Shown here: positions 60,493 through 64,000 of the stretch, one piece after another
Position numbering within the stretch: the first letter of the stretch is position 1
How the letters are laid out: each line of letters begins with the position of its first letter
From: Lophium mytilinum
Lineage: Eukaryota
Reading direction: 5' to 3'
DNA length: 64,000 nt
NCBI GenBank assembly: GCA_010093605.1
Contig: MU004181.1
Location: forward strand, 3,038,001-3,102,000
Position numbers and translations under genes: made by a program
The notes under the pieces: model-generated
What the model was told of the DNA's origin: nothing
What the model saw: only the letters and a program-made list of their open reading frames with translations
Databases searched by the model: none

Positions 60493-62592
60493 TTAGACAT
60501 CATAGGGAGACAGCACGTCCTCCCATCCTTTCTTCTCCTTGTAGAGCTCCCAGAACTTTCTGAAGACTCTCCTCTCGATGAAACTCAAGATGGCGGCTTC
60601 GTTCATTTCAGCTTGCCCCCCACGGTACTTTTCGAATTCGGTCAAAAGCACTACCATCTCCCGTGACCCAACGATATCCTCCGGTCTACTCCAATCAACC
60701 TCATCATATCCACCGAGGTGTTGTGCGTGTGGGAGGATTACGAAACGCGCGAAGGCAGCAATGGCCTCGACATGTTCTGGCAGCAGCGGCTTCCCATCGC
60801 TACGAGCGAGGAAGACAGAGCCAGGACACGTCTGATATAGCTCTGCTTTCATAGCCACATCAATATCGTTACTAGTGAGTTTGTTGTTAAGGCGCCGGGT
60901 ATTGAAGTGAAGGAATGAGACCAAAGGGTTGCGGGATGCGGCAACAGTCCACGCGCGATCCGGAGCCACCTGCCAAGTGCGTATTGGGATTTCAAGACGA
61001 TTGGTGAAGGAAGGTTTGACGCTAGTACGATTGATGCCGTCAGAGGTATATAAGTCGGCGATACGCGGCAGTTCCGTTGTTCGTACCCACTTCCCCTGAG
61101 GATGGAGGCGGGGAAGGAGGATCTTGCGAGCGGAGGCGGTCCCTCTGATCAGGCGTTCGCCATCGCAGTCTATGCAGACAGCTTCGACCCTCCCAGTACG
61201 TGGTGCTTGTTTTGGTGGTCCCTCTTCTGTGAATGCAAGCCATGCGTCGTTCTGGAGATCGGACACGGATAGTGCGTCAACAACGTAACGATAATCCGAG
61301 GGTTCCAGATCGCGGAGAGACCCATCGCATAGAGTAGCGCACACAACGACGGAGCCTACCCAGCGGAGTGGACTCAGGTAGGCGGTTGCAATGGATATGC
61401 ATTTGTTGGCTGAGGAAGAGTCTGTAATGGAGGGTGCTCGGTAAAATATAGTGAGGTCGTCATGCAACTCGCGGCCTAAGATGCCATTCCGGGAAATAGT
61501 CGCTGTCATAATGCCGCTACCTATCTCTGCCGTGCTGAGACCCGAGGAACGCCCCAGGAGATTCAAATGTATCGCGATCTTTGGGTCATGGCCGCCTTGT
61601 AACCAGATCCAACGTGGTCGGTCGCTCTTAGCTGACATCAAAATTGCACGGTAAGGCTTCGAGGTAGGTCGGAAGTGGCCGGTATAGAGACTGAACGTTC
61701 TGCAAAGCGCTTCATGTGTTGGGAGGTCTTCCAGCTCGCACTCTGAGCTGCAGTAACGTATGCCCTGGCAATTCTTGCAGGGAACCCCAGGGGCAGAACA
61801 GAGGGCGCAGAGGGCATCTGAGCTAACCTGTTCTGTCTCGGTTTTCGAAGCCTCAGGATTGAAGGTTTCTGTTTGGGCTTTGATAGCGTTGATCCCCTGC
61901 TCCTGCTTCAGTCCAATAGGATTCTTGGAGTTCATGTGCTCTATGTTCTCGCCACCGTGAATACGGTTATCCAATGACCATCTGGCTTTGAACTCCAATT
62001 TCTTCTTCACAGAAAAGCTGTAAAAAGATGGTTTTGCGAGGACATCGTTTTCCGCAAGTGGGTGTTTCGCGTTCTTCTCGCCACCGTGAACATGGTTTTT
62101 TAAGGTCCATGCTGCCTTGAACTCCGGGTTCGTCTTCCCAGAGAAGCCGTAAGTAGATGTGCTTGCGAGAACATCGTTTTCCGCAGGGTGGTGTTTCGCG
62201 TTCTTCTCGGACTGCATCATAGGCTTAGGTTCGCTGGGTATGACAGAGTCAACGGACATAGTATCACTCCCAGAGTCGTCGTTCTTTTCCATCTTGGTAT
62301 CGATTCGAACTGAATTGACCTGAGCGGGTGTGACTTCCGTAGTGTCTACTAGAGTGTTGACTTGAGCAGTGTCACGCTGAGCGGCGTCGACTGAAGGTTG
62401 AGGAGGAAGTCGAGGTATCACCACCTGCGGTGAAGGTCCGCGGCGTGGATTTCTAGGATCGGCGTCAAGGGGACCGCTGGGCGAAGTGAATGGCAACTTT
62501 CTCTTTCTGTCTTTGGTTCCGGATCTGAGGTTATCCGCAACCTTACGCTCGTCGCCGGCGCTGAAGCTGTTGTTATCCTCAGCCTCTACCAT
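60493..62592 (-). CDS. MYND zinc-finger protein
   Basis: CALC..CKNCQGIRYCSSECELEDLPTHEALC, GSVFLARSDGKPLLPEHVEA, C-terminal SPYDV; intronless, 699 aa. Confidence 0.85.
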   Translation of the reverse strand: MVEAEDNNSFSAGDERKVADNLRSGTKDRKRKLPFTSPSGPLDADPRNPRRGPSPQVVIPRLPPQPSVDAAQRDTAQVNTLVDTTEVTPAQVNSVRIDTKMEKNDDSGSDTMSVDSVIPSEPKPMMQSEKNAKHHPAENDVLASTSTYGFSGKTNPEFKAAWTLKNHVHGGEKNAKHPLAENDVLAKPSFYSFSVKKKLEFKARWSLDNRIHGGENIEHMNSKNPIGLKQEQGINAIKAQTETFNPEASKTETEQVSSDALCALCSAPGVPCKNCQGIRYCSSECELEDLPTHEALCRTFSLYTGHFRPTSKPYRAILMSAKSDRPRWIWLQGGHDPKIAIHLNLLGRSSGLSTAEIGSGIMTATISRNGILGRELHDDLTIFYRAPSITDSSSANKCISIATAYLSPLRWVGSVVVCATLCDGSLRDLEPSDYRYVVDALSVSDLQNDAWLAFTEEGPPKQAPRTGRVEAVCIDCDGERLIRGTASARKILLPRLHPQGKWVRTTELPRIADLYTSDGINRTSVKPSFTNRLEIPIRTWQVAPDRAWTVAASRNPLVSFLHFNTRRLNNKLTSNDIDVAMKAELYQTCPGSVFLARSDGKPLLPEHVEAIAAFARFVILPHAQHLGGYDEVDWSRPEDIVGSREMVVLLTEFEKYRGGQAEMNEAAILSFIERRVFRKFWELYKEKKGWEDVLSPYDV

Positions 62593-63226
62593 GATGCTTG
62601 GTTGACTGTTGATTGTAGAAGGTTGAAGGACTACTAGTCGTCCAAGAGTTGGAGAAGTAGAAGTGAAATAGTCAAATCAAGCAGTTACGTGAGCGGTACT
62701 TGGTGTAGTTCGATTCAAGTGAGGAAATATGAACACTCATCCCTAATATGAGATTGGCCTGACCCCAGGAATAGGCCAGTGAACGGTGTCAAGGTAACCT
62801 AGAAGTTTCAGAACGGGCGGGACGTTACTTCACAAGACCTGTCGAGGAAACGCCCTGTTTGACGACCAGATACGTAATCACCGAAAGTGCTTGATAGCAA
62901 GCTGATCATGGTAAGAATGTAGAACAGGAGTAACTCGAAATCTTTTAGTCTTAATTGACTTTTATGACGAGAAAAGCCGTATCCATGAGCTTGAAGCTCG
63001 ATAGCGCCTACCTCTATGCTGGTCATATACGCCCGATGACCATCGAGGGCCGTTACGCATTCCTTGTCATACCGCCATGCCTCTGTCCTATGTACCGCCT
63101 CATAATCGTAACCAGCTAATCCAAGCCCTACCCCTTGCTCGCCTATAAGGAGAATAAAGGTAAAGGGAAGCTACTAGTTACATACCTTCTGATGCAGAGT
63201 ACTGGAGATCAAAGTACCTGGAGATT

Positions 63227-64000
63227 CTACGCATCTGCCTCGACAACTCCACCCTCGTCGCTCGCGCTCTCGTCTTCGTCACCGCTGATCTCCTCGTTCT
63301 CGCGAGCTCGCTTCTCCATCAATGCCTGCAGTTCTGCGTCATCGTTTTCGGTAACTGCCTTGGGCGCCATCTTGACGATGAGGTTACCACCAGCTTTTGT
63401 GATGTTCTCCTCAATTTCCTTGATAGCATCTGTGAGAGTGGTGATGCCGACATTCTTGTCGAGACATTGGCTAGTCTGTGGCACGCTCGTTAGATGGTTG
63501 TTTCAACGAGGCCAGGGGTGTGATGGGTCATAGAGAGCAAAGTCCGAATACTTACCAAGACATATAGGGGCGGGCTGACGAGCTTGACTTTAACATGGTT
63601 GTCTGGCGTATTCTTGGCTTCTGCGCAGCGGAGAGCAGTTTTGACGGCGTCGATGCCTTCGTAGCCAAAGCATGTGACCTCAACATCGGAGCGGACCTTG
63701 GTTGGTTGAGGCGTCAATCGCTTTCCTATGTAGCTTTGTAGCTCGTCCTTGACTACGTCATTGGTGAATTCGCTAGAAGAGATTAGCGTTAATATCAACA
63801 CTTCGTAGCGGAAGTACTCACATGCCGGACCACACTTCTGGGTTCGTGATGGACTAATTGCAAGGTTAACACTACAGTTTATAGCAATCTATAAGGACAA
63901 AGTCGCTCACGAGCTTGAACGCATCAACTGCGTGGCCGTACTTCTTGTTGAGTGGCCATCCAATGGTAGAGTAAAGCTCCTCAATCGGGGTGTTCGTCTT
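63227..64000 (-). CDS. SUI2: Translation initiation factor eIF2 alpha, 3' part
   Basis: IGWPLNKKYGHAVDAFKLS|ITNP, KRLTPQPTKVRSDVEVTCFGYEGIDAVK, KLVSPPLYV, PKAVTENDDAELQALM; gene runs off the window end. Confidence 0.96.

Overview
Gene-dense, intron-containing eukaryotic DNA from a filamentous ascomycete (Pezizomycotina; the GT..CTRAC..YAG introns and gene set suggest a Dothideomycete, not provable here). About 25 protein-coding loci: housekeeping genes (Mrl1-like sorting receptor, ADP/ATP carrier, aldehyde dehydrogenase, QCR8-like subunit, choline/ethanolamine phosphotransferase, NIPSNAP, TOM70, ABZ2-like lyase, COMPASS Bre2/Ash2, eIF2-alpha) are interleaved with accessory genes (SLIP-GC-type GTPase, HExxH protein, BCS1-like ATPase, Zn2Cys6+MFS pair, RGG/multi-CCHC protein, DUF3455, ankyrin, MYND). 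Main points: (1) a complete 662-bp non-autonomous miniature LTR retroelement (TRIM: identical 125-bp LTRs, PBS, PPT, CAGAA target duplication) has disrupted (2) a secreted, Kex2-punctuated precursor whose central domain carries a CNF1/BLF1-like LxGC-x14-H deamidase-type motif; (3) a decaying block at 22.8-26.8 kb (linalool dehydratase/isomerase-family pseudogene with three lesions, abutting an aspartic-protease tail, plus a 152-bp exon/intron-like triple repeat); (4) several unusually long, structured introns, including a MITE-like foldback in ALDH and two interleaved, strand-specific stems in NIPSNAP. Gene models were read by eye, and family calls are from motif recognition, not database searches.
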